From positions 2,409 to 66,408 of the forward strand of contig CAYVXD010000004.1 in NCBI GenBank assembly GCA_964454265.1: a stretch of DNA of 64,000 bases, read 5' to 3'. The position numbers and the translations under genes were made by a program. A model generated the notes under the pieces. The model saw only the letters and a program-made list of their open reading frames with translations. It was not told where the DNA came from and made no database searches. This DNA comes from an uncultured Candidatus Sumerlaeota bacterium (lineage in GTDB: Bacteria; Sumerlaeota; Sumerlaeia; MWCT01; JAUWMI01). How positions within the stretch are numbered: the first letter of the stretch is position 1; each line of letters begins with the position of its first letter. Of the stretch, positions 18,254 to 30,463 are shown in pieces.

Positions 18254-19279
18254 CTAAAGCGCCTTGAATACCTCGGATTTGATCCGCTGTTGTGAATCCT
18301 TGTTTGAAGAGCGTAAAAAGACCAGCATATTCATCTTGCAAAATACGGTCGTCAGGTACGGGGTCCCGGTTGGGTCATTTTTTCCCTCCGGGGGGAGAAG
18401 TCCGATCCACTTCTGGTACTTGGCAAGGACATTCTCAGCGTCTCCAGGCATCTGGAACAGGAATATGTGGGCTTGTATTGACTCATTTCTGATCCTGAAT
18501 GTACGAAATTCGAACTCCTTGCTGCTCATCAGGTCGTTCTTAATGTTGAGGGCAGTACTGCTATAGATCATTTCCACAATTTCTTTACGACTATACTGGC
18601 CTGTTGTTCCTCTCCCAATGCCCGGAATTTCTTCCTCGTCCAATTTGAAGTCCTCAATGCGCTCGTAAGGGATATTACTATTGATATGTTCTCGGTAGAA
18701 ATCCATGAATGCGTAGTAAGGGCCTTTGGTATATTTATAGTTCTTCAGATCGTGATAATCATAGATGCCGAGTGTCGGGATGCCCCAGATGACAAACAAA
18801 ACGCCAATGGCTATTAGTACGAGCCTCGTATAAATACTTCTAGCAGCGGCCACTGCAAAGGTGACTAGTTTCTTCTGGAAGTCTGACATTGCATACTGGA
18901 AGCCACTGACGGTCCCCAGCTTCTCCTTCTTTTCTTCCAGATAACCGATGGTTTCATTCAGCAGGAGGTATGACTCGTGCCATTCAATTTCGATCTTCTT
19001 GATCTCGGCAATGCTTAGCTTGTTGATGTGTCGCAAGGTGATGCACCGCGAGACGATACTCAAGACATTCTGGCCGATATTTTGATCATGCGTGAGTACT
19101 TCCATGAAGACGTCGTGCAGCATAGCGATGTTGCTCTTATTTTCGAGGAACGTGGCTTCTTTGTCAGGGGTGACGTCGGTTCCTTTGACGCCGATGGCAA
19201 AGAAGTCGTGGAATTTCCGCCAGGTCGCAGCGAGGTTTCTGCAATCCTCAAGCTGTTTCTCTAACTTCAGGTCAATCAT
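18254..19279 (-). CDS. hypothetical bitopic membrane protein (no recognisable family)
   Basis: 341 aa. Single central hydrophobic helix LVLIAIGVLFVIWGIPTLGIY. Codon usage is visibly more AT-rich than its neighbours. Lies 177 bp downstream of the PilC-like gene on the same strand. Confidence 0.5.
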   Translation of the reverse strand: MIDLKLEKQLEDCRNLAATWRKFHDFFAIGVKGTDVTPDKEATFLENKSNIAMLHDVFMEVLTHDQNIGQNVLSIVSRCITLRHINKLSIAEIKKIEIEWHESYLLLNETIGYLEEKKEKLGTVSGFQYAMSDFQKKLVTFAVAAARSIYTRLVLIAIGVLFVIWGIPTLGIYDYHDLKNYKYTKGPYYAFMDFYREHINSNIPYERIEDFKLDEEEIPGIGRGTTGQYSRKEIVEMIYSSTALNIKNDLMSSKEFEFRTFRIRNESIQAHIFLFQMPGDAENVLAKYQKWIGLLPPEGKNDPTGTPYLTTVFCKMNMLVFLRSSNKDSQQRIKSEVFKAL

Positions 19280-19455
19280 AGCTTCTTAGAGGAACGCCAG
19301 TTTGCGAAAAAGCACCGCACATGTTGTGTTTCTCAAGGTGCGCACACGCCATACTTTGCTCGACGCACTCTGTTGACAAGAGCGTCCCGCATATCCTTGC
19401 AATACTTGGCCTGCTTAACACGCAGGGTCTTCACCTAATGGGATGCTGGCCTGTG

Positions 19456-20673
19456 CTAGTGGGACACCATTTCCACCATTTTGAACAAGGGCATGAACAT
19501 TGAGATGACGATGAATCCAACAACCACCCCAAGAAACACAATCAGGAGAGGTTCTATCATGGACGTAAGGCCAGCCACTGACGCATTAACCTGATCTTCG
19601 TAAAAATCGGCAATCTTTGTCAACATACTTTCTAACGCGCCTGTCCGTTCGCCAACGTCAATCATGCGCGTTACCATGGGTGGAAACACCTGCGAGTCAA
19701 CTAAAGGCTTCGTGATACTTTCCCCACCCTGAATACTCGTTCGAGTCCGATACAGGGCCTCTTCAATCACAGCGTTGCCCGAAGTCTTCGCGACGATTTC
19801 AAGTGCATAGAGAATATTTACGCCTGCCCGGATAAGGGTGCCCAGCGTACGGGTGAATTTGGCAATAGCTGCCTTGAGTATCAGCGGTCCAAATATTGGA
19901 ATCTTTAATTTGACTGCATCAATTTTCGCGCGACCTGTCTTGGTTTTCCCCCATTGCCACAGCCCTATGCAGCAACCTCCGAGAATCAGCCCTACTACTA
20001 GCCAGTTCTCCTTGACCAACTTGCTTAATCCGACGGTAATTCGCGTCGGGAGCGGAAGCTCTCCACCGAGATCTACGAAAATGTTCTCGAACACAGGGAC
20101 AACTTTGACCAGCAAGAAGGTAGTTATGAGCAGAGCAACACTGGAGACCACCGCTGGATACATAGTCGCCGACTTAATCTTGCGTTGGATCGAAACCAGT
20201 TTCTCTAAGTAAAGGGCCACCTGATCCAAAATAGTATCCAGCATGCCGCTCGCTTCTCCCGCTTTTATCATACTGATAAAGAAGGGGCTGAAAACCTTTG
20301 GGTGCTTTTGAATGGCTTCGGTCAATGACGAGCCGCCCTCGATATCCCGTTCAATCTCCCGCAGGATATCTCTGAACACCTTCTTTTCCACCTGTTCGGC
20401 AAGGATGTCAATTACCTCAATCAAGGGAAGGCCTGCGCGAATCATGGTTGCCATCTGTCGGCTGAAAATGACGAGGTCGTCAAGCTTTACCCGACCGCGG
20501 CGCCCAGCTTTCTTGCGCGCGACCTGTGCCCCAGCGCTCGCTTGTTGGATAGTCGTGGGTATTAGGCCTTGGTCGCGAAGCATCTTGACCACCGCCGACT
20601 GAGTCGAGGCTTCAGTTGAACCGGTGACTGTTTTCCCCTGAGGACTTCGGGCAACATACTGATAGAATGGCAT
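19456..20673 (-). CDS. type II secretion / type IV pilus platform protein (GspF/PilC/MshG family)
   Basis: 405 aa with two T2SSF domains and three TM segments. 25 bp downstream of the ATPase gene. Confidence 0.85.
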   Translation of the reverse strand: MPFYQYVARSPQGKTVTGSTEASTQSAVVKMLRDQGLIPTTIQQASAGAQVARKKAGRRGRVKLDDLVIFSRQMATMIRAGLPLIEVIDILAEQVEKKVFRDILREIERDIEGGSSLTEAIQKHPKVFSPFFISMIKAGEASGMLDTILDQVALYLEKLVSIQRKIKSATMYPAVVSSVALLITTFLLVKVVPVFENIFVDLGGELPLPTRITVGLSKLVKENWLVVGLILGGCCIGLWQWGKTKTGRAKIDAVKLKIPIFGPLILKAAIAKFTRTLGTLIRAGVNILYALEIVAKTSGNAVIEEALYRTRTSIQGGESITKPLVDSQVFPPMVTRMIDVGERTGALESMLTKIADFYEDQVNASVAGLTSMIEPLLIVFLGVVVGFIVISMFMPLFKMVEMVSH

Positions 20674-20697
20674 CGGATCCTCCTGTCAACGTTAAAC

Positions 20698-22455
20698 TTA
20701 ATCCGCAACAGTAGTAGCGAGAACTTCTTCTGGCGTCGTTAGGCCTTCAAGCACCTTTTTCGTGCCGGATTGACGTAATGTTTCCATACCCTCTTCTATC
20801 GCCACTTTCTTTATATTGGTAGAAGAGATACCTTCGATTATCAGGTCACGCATTCTATCTGAGACCAACATTACCTCATAGAGTGCGATGCGGCCTTTGT
20901 AGCCGGTCATGCGGCACCGGTCGCATCCGATCCCCTTATATATCTTGATCTCTTTGGAGTCCTGAACGTTCAGGACCGCCATGAGATCTGGGGAGAGATT
21001 ATAGACCTCTTTGCAGTTTTCACAAATGCGTCGCACCAGGCGCTGAGCTACTACTATATTGATTGATGCCGTGACCAGAAATGGCTCGACCCCCATGTTT
21101 GTCAGGCGGTTGATACTGCTGGGAGCATCGTTGGTGTGGAGCGTACTGAGCACCAGATGGCCTGTGAGTGCGGCCTTGACTGCAATTTCCGCGGTTTCGA
21201 GATCCCGAACCTCGCCAACCATGATAATGTCCGGATCCTGACGAAGGAAAGAGCGGAGTCCTTCGGCAAAAGTCAGGCCGATTTCAGGCTTTGCCTGAAC
21301 TTGATTGATCCCTTTTAGCTGATATTCAATTGGATCTTCAATGGTAATGATGTTCTTGCGCGGATCGTTGATGGTACTAAGAGCAGAATAGAGGGTAGTT
21401 GATTTTCCGCTTCCTGTTGGCCCGGTGACCAGCATCATTCCCCATGGCTGCCGGATTTGCGCTTCAAACTTCTTCAAAGCATCTGGCTCAAATCCCAGCT
21501 CAGAAAGGCCTAGCATCAAGATGCTCTGGTCCAGAATACGCATAACCACTTTCTCTCCGAACGCGGTCGGGCAGACTGACACCCGGAAATCGATCGGCCG
21601 ATTCTGTATCCGTACCTTAAAGCGTCCGTCCTGTGGAAGGCGCCGCTCAGCAATGTCCAGCTCCGAAAGTATTTTAATGCGCGAGATAATTGCGTTCTGG
21701 AACTTTTTTGGAGGCGGTGTCATTTCCTGGAGCACGCCATCAATCCGGTAGCGTAACCGAAGGCTCTTTTCGTAGGGCTCGACGTGAATATCACTTGCCT
21801 TGGCCTTAATGGCTTCTGAAATGATCAGATTTACCAGCTGGATTACCGGCGCATCATTGACCGTCACCGCCAGGTCGGTATCATCTTCTGCTTCTGCCTC
21901 CTCGTCTTCTTTGATAACCTCCATCTCCTGGTCGGTAATATCCTTCAGCATCTCCTCGAAGTTGTCCTCTTCGCGGGAATAATAGCGACTAATTGCTTCG
22001 GCGATGTCGGATTCAAAACTGATTACCGGAATGATTTGACATTTCGTGAGGAGCCGAAGTTCATCGAGCAGGTAGATGTTTGATGGGTCCGAGAGGGCGA
22101 TAGTCAGCGTGTCGCCTGTCTTATCAACCGGGACAATTTTATATTTCCTGACAATTGACTCCGGGATGCTCTCAAGTACCTGGCGGTCAATTTCATAGTG
22201 TGAGAGCGTAATAAAAGGAACGTTTAGCTGCTTGCCAAGTGCTGCAGCCATCTCCCATTCTGAGGCTAAACCGAGCTCCACCAGAATGTGGCCCAAACTG
22301 ATGCCGCTTTTCTCTTGTTTTTCAAGTGCGGCCTCGAGATCTTCCGGCGTGATGATCCGATCCTTCACCAGCATCTCGCCCAGTTTGCGTTCCATCGCTG
22401 TCGGCATCACAACAACTCCAACAAGAAATTGAGCATCAGCCAGAGAATTAGACAA
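20698..22455 (-). CDS. GspE/PilB-family secretion ATPase with N-terminal MshEN (c-di-GMP-binding) domain, i.e. MshE-like
   Basis: 585 aa. Walker A GPTGSGKST, Asp/His boxes and a C-terminal tetracysteine (CENC...CDRC). The N-terminus carries two 24-residue MshEN motifs, KLGEMLVKDRIITPEDLEAALEKQ and SLGHILVELGLASEWEMAAALGKQ, separated by 5 residues. The likely start is an internal ATG near 22395 (MERK). Confidence 0.85.
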   Translation of the reverse strand: MSNSLADAQFLVGVVVMPTAMERKLGEMLVKDRIITPEDLEAALEKQEKSGISLGHILVELGLASEWEMAAALGKQLNVPFITLSHYEIDRQVLESIPESIVRKYKIVPVDKTGDTLTIALSDPSNIYLLDELRLLTKCQIIPVISFESDIAEAISRYYSREEDNFEEMLKDITDQEMEVIKEDEEAEAEDDTDLAVTVNDAPVIQLVNLIISEAIKAKASDIHVEPYEKSLRLRYRIDGVLQEMTPPPKKFQNAIISRIKILSELDIAERRLPQDGRFKVRIQNRPIDFRVSVCPTAFGEKVVMRILDQSILMLGLSELGFEPDALKKFEAQIRQPWGMMLVTGPTGSGKSTTLYSALSTINDPRKNIITIEDPIEYQLKGINQVQAKPEIGLTFAEGLRSFLRQDPDIIMVGEVRDLETAEIAVKAALTGHLVLSTLHTNDAPSSINRLTNMGVEPFLVTASINIVVAQRLVRRICENCKEVYNLSPDLMAVLNVQDSKEIKIYKGIGCDRCRMTGYKGRIALYEVMLVSDRMRDLIIEGISSTNIKKVAIEEGMETLRQSGTKKVLEGLTTPEEVLATTVAD

Positions 22456-22676
22456 TTTATCTATAATACAGGTATATTAGATATTGCAGTTTTGCTCGGG
22501 TGTCAATTCAAAAGATGGCAACAAAATATTCCATCTTCACGCTATGGTCTATCACTGCCTTCAACAGCGATCTTCTCATTTCCTTAGGGTTACGACCAGA
22601 AACCTAACACCAGACATGAAGTTAATCGCCAGGATCTGCCTTTCGCAAAGGCTTTGGTCCTTATGGCCCGAGGTGC

Positions 22677-23933
22677 CTATTCACGGGTGTGCCCGGAGCC
22701 AAAGACGATGAATTTTGACGTCGTGAGCTCCTTAAGGCCCATGGGCCCGCGAGCATGCAGCTTATCTGTACTAATGCCGACCTCGCAGCCCATACCAAAT
22801 TCACCGCCATCGCTAAATCTGGTCGAGGCATTGACAAACACACATGCCGAATCAACCTGGTTGAGAAACGCCATTGCACTGGCGTGGTTCTGCGTAATAA
22901 TAGCATCTGTGTGATGCGAGCCATACGTATTGATGAATGTAATGGCCGCCTCAGTGCTTTCGATAATTTTAACCGAGAGAATAAGAGCAAGATACTCGGT
23001 AACCCAGTCTTCTTGTGTGGCTGGCTTGAGCTGAGGGAAGTGTGCGCGAACCTGTTCACAAGCCCGAATTTCCACACCTGCTTTTTCCAAAGCAGGGATC
23101 AGAACGGGCAGCAGCTTATCGGCGATCTGCTTATGTATCAGGAGCGACTCAACAGCATTGCACACCCCAGGGCGTTGCGTCTTGGCGTTCAGAATGATGC
23201 GGTTGGCCATTGTCACGTCGGCCGATGCATCAACGTGGATGTAGCAATTGCCATCATAATGCTTGATCACCGGAATGGTGGAGTTCTTGACCACTGTTTC
23301 GATTAATGCGCGTCCTCCTCGAGGAATAATCAGATCAATGTATTCGTTCAGCCTGAGCATTTCGCTTACTACTTCGCGCTCTGTTACGGGAACGAGTTGA
23401 ATAGCTCCCTCAGGGAGTCCGTTCCGAGTGCCAGCCTCCGCAATGACATCGGCAATCTTGCGGTTCGAATTGATGGCCTCCGAGCCCCCGCGCAGAATTA
23501 CGGCATTTCCTGATTTTACACACAGAGAGGCGGCATCCGACGTGACATTGGGACGCGATTCGTAAATGAAGCCAATTACCCCGATGGGAACCCGCATGCG
23601 TCCAACCCTCAGGCCGTTGGGACGGGTATGCATATCGTAGATCTCCCCTACCGGGTCGTCCAGAGCCGCAACCTGGCGAATCGAGTCTGCCATGGCCTGG
23701 ATGCGTTTCTCATTGAGAAGCAGCCGATCAAGCAATGCTGCTGATCTTCCCTGGGCTTTCCCCTTCTCAAGATCCTGTTGATTTGCTGCCTGCAGCTCTG
23801 CCTGGTTATCCTGGAGTGCATTTGCCATGGCGAGCAAAGCCCTATTCTTCACCTTTGGTTCTATCGCTGCAAGAATCGCGGCTGCGGCTTTTGCATTCTG
23901 TGCCAACTCGAGAATCAATTCGCGCGGCTTCAT
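22677..23933 (-). CDS. proA: gamma-glutamyl phosphate reductase
   Basis: 418 aa, aldehyde dehydrogenase fold, ProA-typical length and sequence. Lies downstream of proB. Confidence 0.9.
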   Translation of the reverse strand: MKPRELILELAQNAKAAAAILAAIEPKVKNRALLAMANALQDNQAELQAANQQDLEKGKAQGRSAALLDRLLLNEKRIQAMADSIRQVAALDDPVGEIYDMHTRPNGLRVGRMRVPIGVIGFIYESRPNVTSDAASLCVKSGNAVILRGGSEAINSNRKIADVIAEAGTRNGLPEGAIQLVPVTEREVVSEMLRLNEYIDLIIPRGGRALIETVVKNSTIPVIKHYDGNCYIHVDASADVTMANRIILNAKTQRPGVCNAVESLLIHKQIADKLLPVLIPALEKAGVEIRACEQVRAHFPQLKPATQEDWVTEYLALILSVKIIESTEAAITFINTYGSHHTDAIITQNHASAMAFLNQVDSACVFVNASTRFSDGGEFGMGCEVGISTDKLHARGPMGLKELTTSKFIVFGSGHTRE

Positions 23934-24060
23934 TTGCTTCTCCTTCGAGGGGAGTCTGGAAGGCCGGAATCAAGCCGATTGTTTGGCTGGGGAAATCGCA
24001 TGAGCTTCATCCGCTCCTCGAATTCTTCCATTCTCTGGCGCGGTATTTTCTCCTTCTTGC

Positions 24061-26266
<2,206 letters not shown>

Positions 26267-26400
26267 TTATTGTGCATTCGGATCCGGTACGGTCATGCCA
26301 TAACCACGGATTACAAAAAACTACCCCCTCATCTGGTGTCACATCGCGAACCATTCGCACGTCTATGCCATACATGGCAATGCGTACCGGAGAGGAGGAG

Positions 26401-26670
26401 CTAGTTAGTTGTGGAAGGTGCCATTACGTTAACGATACGTTTCTTGCCATTCTGACGGCGGACAAATTTGACTATTCCGCTTATCTTGGCAAAGAGCGTA
26501 TCGTCTTTGCCCCGGCCGACGTTTTGGCCAGGAAAAAATTGGGTGCCTCGCTGACGTACTAGAATTGTTCCGCCGGTCACCATCTGGCCGTCAGAAGATT
26601 TCACGCCGAGTCGCTGTGAGTGGCTATCACGCCCGTTTCTTGAACTGCCTACGCCTTTCTTGTGTGCCAT
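26401..26670 (-). CDS. rpmA: 50S ribosomal protein L27
   Basis: [24 protein letters not shown]... The ORF track begins 23 codons upstream, but the conserved L27 N-terminus MAHKKG fixes the start near 26670. Confidence 0.9.
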   Translation of the reverse strand: MAHKKGVGSSRNGRDSHSQRLGVKSSDGQMVTGGTILVRQRGTQFFPGQNVGRGKDDTLFAKISGIVKFVRRQNGKKRIVNVMAPSTTN

Positions 26671-26742
26671 ATTTCTTACGCCTCCCGTAAAACGCTGCGC
26701 CAGGCAACGCGCTGCCCGCGCGCCATGGCTTGTCGGCACTGT

Positions 26743-27087
26743 CTAGGCTTCCTGCGCCGCTTTCTGGCGAGCCTGACGCAACTTGATTTTGTCAATCGTA
26801 ATTTCAGTAAAATCTTGCCGATGTCCGCGTCGCTTCTCGTATCCCTTACGCCGCTTGAAGGTATAGACGAGAACCTTTCGTCCACGGCCGTGTCGCACAA
26901 TGGTGCCTTCGATCTTAGCATTGGCCACTTTGGGAGTTCCAATAAGGACGTCATTGTCCTTCTTCACCATCAGCACGGTATTCAGTGTTACTTTGCTTCC
27001 AACATCACCGGGGATCCTCTCAATACGAAGCCTCTCCCCTTCCTTGACGCGGTATTGTTTTCCGCCGGTCTGAACAATGGCGTACAT
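26743..27087 (-). CDS. rplU: 50S ribosomal protein L21
   Basis: 114 aa, MYAIVQTGGKQYRVKEGERL. Confidence 0.9.
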   Translation of the reverse strand: MYAIVQTGGKQYRVKEGERLRIERIPGDVGSKVTLNTVLMVKKDNDVLIGTPKVANAKIEGTIVRHGRGRKVLVYTFKRRKGYEKRRGHRQDFTEITIDKIKLRQARQKAAQEA

Positions 27088-27118
27088 TCCGTATGAGCCT
27101 CTACACGATTCGCGTATT

Positions 27119-27144
27119 CAAAAATAAAAAAGCGCTAGCGCATT
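27119..27144 (-). terminator. putative weak intrinsic terminator/attenuator between aspS and rplU
   Basis: On the minus strand the perfect palindrome AAAAGCGCTAGCGCTTTT is followed by TTTTTTATTTTT. Confidence 0.3.
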
Positions 27145-27170
27145 CTGGTACTTGTCCAACAAATCGCGTT

Positions 27171-28979
27171 CTATTTCAAACCAAATTGCTTCAGATTGTC
27201 AACAAGTGTTTTAATATAGAGTTCGCGCAGCTGGCCATCGTCCACATCCGATGGCGCCCCGGTCAGCGGGCACAGCCCACTCTGGGTCTTTGGAAATGGG
27301 ATCACTTCGCGAATGGACTGTTCCCCCAATAGAATCATAAGAATCCGATCAAAGCCAAATGCGATGCCGCCGTGCGGCGGTGCCCCAAAACTCAGTGCTT
27401 CAAGCAGAAAACCGAACCTCTTCTGGGCTTCTTCGGGCGATATGCCAATTGCGCGAAAAACCTTTTCCTGCACGTCTCGGCGGTGAATTCTTATGCTTCC
27501 TCCGCCAATTTCTTCACCATTCAATACCAGATCGTACGCAAGGGCGCGAACCTTTTCCGGCGCCGTCTCCAATAACGGAATGTCGTCGGGAACTGGGGAG
27601 GTGAACGGGTGATGCATGGCCACGAAACGCCTCTCCTTTTCGTCCCATTCAAGCATTGGGAAATCTACAACCCAGACAAATGTCACCTTCTTTGGATCAA
27701 TAAGCGACAACTCTTTGCCAAGCTTGAGTCGTAAGCTGTCCAGAGCAGCGCAGACCACCTTTTCGCTGTCAGCGACGAAGAGAAGGAGGTCGTCCGGCCT
27801 TGCCTTCATCCGATCAGTGAGCGCCTTGAGCGTGTCAGAGGTAAAGAATTTCGCGATGGGTGAGCTCAATCCCTCATTGGTCACCCGAAACCACGCAAGC
27901 CCCTTTGCCCCATGTGTACCGACAAAAGAAGTGAGATCATCCAGCTGCTTCCGGCTGAATTTGCTTCCGCACGGCACGCAAATCCCCCGGATGACGCCAC
28001 CGTTCTTACTGACGTCGTTAAAAACTTGAAATTCGCAGCCATGCTGGACAACGTCAGTTGCGTCTTCAATCGTCATCCCGAAGCGTGTGTCTGGCTTGTC
28101 TGTTCCATATTTCAGCATTGCCTCCGCATAGGGGAGCCGGGGAAAAGGTACCGAGATGGTAATGTCGCAAATCTCCCGGTAAATAGCCTGCATCATTTCT
28201 TCGATTACTGTAAAAAGGTCATCCGGTTGTATGAATGACATTTCGATGTCAATCTGGGTGAACTCCGGCTGCCGATTAGCGCGGAAGTCTTCATCACGGA
28301 AACAGCGCGCAATTTGGTAGTATTTGTCGTAGCACGCGACCATGAGGAGCTGCTTGAAGAGCTGTGGTGATTGCGGCAGGGCATAGAATTGCCCGGGACT
28401 CAGCCGACTTGGCACCAAGAAATCGCGAGCTCCTTCCGGCGTACTCTTAGTTAAAATAGGGGTTTCAACCTCGATAAATCCTTCGGCATTCAAGTAATTT
28501 CGCACAACGCTGTAAAGCTTCGCGCGGGTCCGAATATTGCGCTGCATCTCTTCGCGCCGCAAATCCAGATAGCGATAGCGCAGCCTAATCTCCTCATTAA
28601 TAGTAGTGTATTCATCAAGTCGAAAAGGCAATGGCGCAGCCGGGCTCAGCAACTCGAAAATACTCACACGGACTTCGATCTCGCCTGTAGCAATATTGGG
28701 ATTCACGGTTCCTTCGGGGCGAGCATTAACGCAACCTTCAACAGCCAGCACATACTCATTGCGCAAAGCATGCGCCTTATCAAAATCGTCACGATTCATG
28801 GTTTCTGGATTCAGAACCACCTGACAAAGCCCCGTGCGATCCCGCAGGTCAATGAAAATTAAGCCCCCATGGTCGCGGCGGCGATGTACCCAGCCTTTCA
28901 GGACAACCACTTCTCCGATATTATCAGACCGCAGTTCACCGCAGTAATGCGTACGTCTTTTTGTTAAAAGTTCACCCAC
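27171..28979 (-). CDS. aspS: aspartate--tRNA ligase
   Basis: 602 aa. N-terminal OB anticodon-binding domain and class II aaRS motifs (FRDEDFRANRQPEFTQID; GGGSIRIH). Confidence 0.95.
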   Translation of the reverse strand: MGELLTKRRTHYCGELRSDNIGEVVVLKGWVHRRRDHGGLIFIDLRDRTGLCQVVLNPETMNRDDFDKAHALRNEYVLAVEGCVNARPEGTVNPNIATGEIEVRVSIFELLSPAAPLPFRLDEYTTINEEIRLRYRYLDLRREEMQRNIRTRAKLYSVVRNYLNAEGFIEVETPILTKSTPEGARDFLVPSRLSPGQFYALPQSPQLFKQLLMVACYDKYYQIARCFRDEDFRANRQPEFTQIDIEMSFIQPDDLFTVIEEMMQAIYREICDITISVPFPRLPYAEAMLKYGTDKPDTRFGMTIEDATDVVQHGCEFQVFNDVSKNGGVIRGICVPCGSKFSRKQLDDLTSFVGTHGAKGLAWFRVTNEGLSSPIAKFFTSDTLKALTDRMKARPDDLLLFVADSEKVVCAALDSLRLKLGKELSLIDPKKVTFVWVVDFPMLEWDEKERRFVAMHHPFTSPVPDDIPLLETAPEKVRALAYDLVLNGEEIGGGSIRIHRRDVQEKVFRAIGISPEEAQKRFGFLLEALSFGAPPHGGIAFGFDRILMILLGEQSIREVIPFPKTQSGLCPLTGAPSDVDDGQLRELYIKTLVDNLKQFGLK

Positions 28980-29061
28980 GTTGTGTTTGCTCCTTCTGCG
29001 TTCTCGGTGCTTTTTGGCTCTACAAATTGAGCAAGAAAGCCGCCACTACGTCTCGCTGATC

Positions 29062-30324
29062 CTATTTCCCCAAACCCTGGAGAAAGGCTTCGCACTCTTT
29101 TATCGTCATGTTCTGCTGCTGGCCGGACTGTAGGTGTTTCACCATCACCTGCTGGTGTTCCAGTTCATGCTTCCCGATGATAACGACGTGTTGAGCCCCT
29201 GCCTTGTCAGCTGCCCGCAGTCCGCTTCTCAGACTGCGCAGAATGCCATCAAATCGGGTGCGAATCATGCTGCGCCGCGCGAGGTCAGCCAGCCGACTCG
29301 CCAGCGCCATGGCTTCTTCATCAATGGCTAGGATGAACACCCTGACGTCTTGTTCCGCTGGAACCGCAATATGTTGCTTCTGCATCGCGACGATAATGCG
29401 CTCAATGCCAAAACTGACGCCAACAGCCGGTGTTGGCGGCCCCCCGAGCTCTTCGATCAAATTGTCGTAGCGTCCTCCGCCCAAAACAGCATCCTGTGCT
29501 CCCAGGCCGCTGAGGCTGGTCTCGAAAACAGTTCTCGTATAATAGTCAAAACCGCGAACAAGATTCCTGGAAACGGTAACATTAACCTGAAAATCCCTGA
29601 GGAGATGGACAAGGGTGTTAAAGTGATGCTCGCAGTCTTTGCACGTAAAATCAGACATATCAGGCGCATGCATCAGTTCCCCTTTGCAGGCCGTTTGCTT
29701 ACAATCGAAGACTCGCAACGGATTAACCTCAGCGCGATGCTGGCAGTCCGCACACAGCTTCTGCAGGCGTTGGCGCAAAAAGCCTTTCAGCGCCACATTG
29801 TACTTTGGCCGGCATGCCTCGCAGCCTATGGTATTGATGGTCGTCGTAACGTTCTGGAAGCCAATGCCTTTTAGGAAATGATTTGACAATGAAATCACTT
29901 CTGCATCAGCCGTTGGCTCGGCAACGCCGAAGAACTCCGCGCCGAATTGCGTAAATTGCCGCTGGCGCCCGTACTGGGGCCGCTCGTAGCGAAACATCGG
30001 CCCAATATAGAAGAGCTTCACGGCCTGGTTGCTTTTCAGCAGATTGTGCTCAATTACGGCCCGCACTACAGGTGCAGTCCCTTCTGGCCGAAGCGTAAGA
30101 CTTCTCCCCTTGCGGTCTGCAAAAGTATACATCTCCTTTGATACAATGTCTGTCGAAGCTCCAATGCCTCGGACAAAGAGATCGGTAGATTCAAATATTG
30201 GCGTGCGAATTTCCCCATAATCGTATGCTGCAAATATCTTGCACGCCGTGCGCTCGAGAAATTCGAAGCATGAGGCCTCGTTGGGAAGAATGTCTTTAGT
30301 GCCTCTCTGGGCTTTGAGTTCCAT
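29062..30324 (-). CDS. hisS: histidine--tRNA ligase
   Basis: The HisS N-terminal motif MELKAQRGTKDILP fixes the start near 30324. The ORF track extends to 30537 through an unconserved upstream extension. Class II motifs and a C-terminal anticodon-binding domain are present. Confidence 0.9.
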   Translation of the reverse strand: MELKAQRGTKDILPNEASCFEFLERTACKIFAAYDYGEIRTPIFESTDLFVRGIGASTDIVSKEMYTFADRKGRSLTLRPEGTAPVVRAVIEHNLLKSNQAVKLFYIGPMFRYERPQYGRQRQFTQFGAEFFGVAEPTADAEVISLSNHFLKGIGFQNVTTTINTIGCEACRPKYNVALKGFLRQRLQKLCADCQHRAEVNPLRVFDCKQTACKGELMHAPDMSDFTCKDCEHHFNTLVHLLRDFQVNVTVSRNLVRGFDYYTRTVFETSLSGLGAQDAVLGGGRYDNLIEELGGPPTPAVGVSFGIERIIVAMQKQHIAVPAEQDVRVFILAIDEEAMALASRLADLARRSMIRTRFDGILRSLRSGLRAADKAGAQHVVIIGKHELEHQQVMVKHLQSGQQQNMTIKECEAFLQGLGK

Positions 30325-30463
30325 CCGCAATTTCCCCATTATTGCCCACGCGCGCGTGCCTGGCTTGCCTGCGATCGCTGCGATCCTGCTGACTCTCTCC
30401 TGATTGCTGGAAATTGGTTTTCTGAAGATTCCCCTCTCAGCGACTTGCCGCACTTTGAAACTT

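Noticed and set aside
18254-19279. Assigning the hypothetical membrane protein as PilN/PilO/PilM or MshF
   Set aside because: No recognisable sequence signature of those families is present. Its cytoplasmic part of about 150 aa is far longer than PilN/PilO. It is left as unknown.
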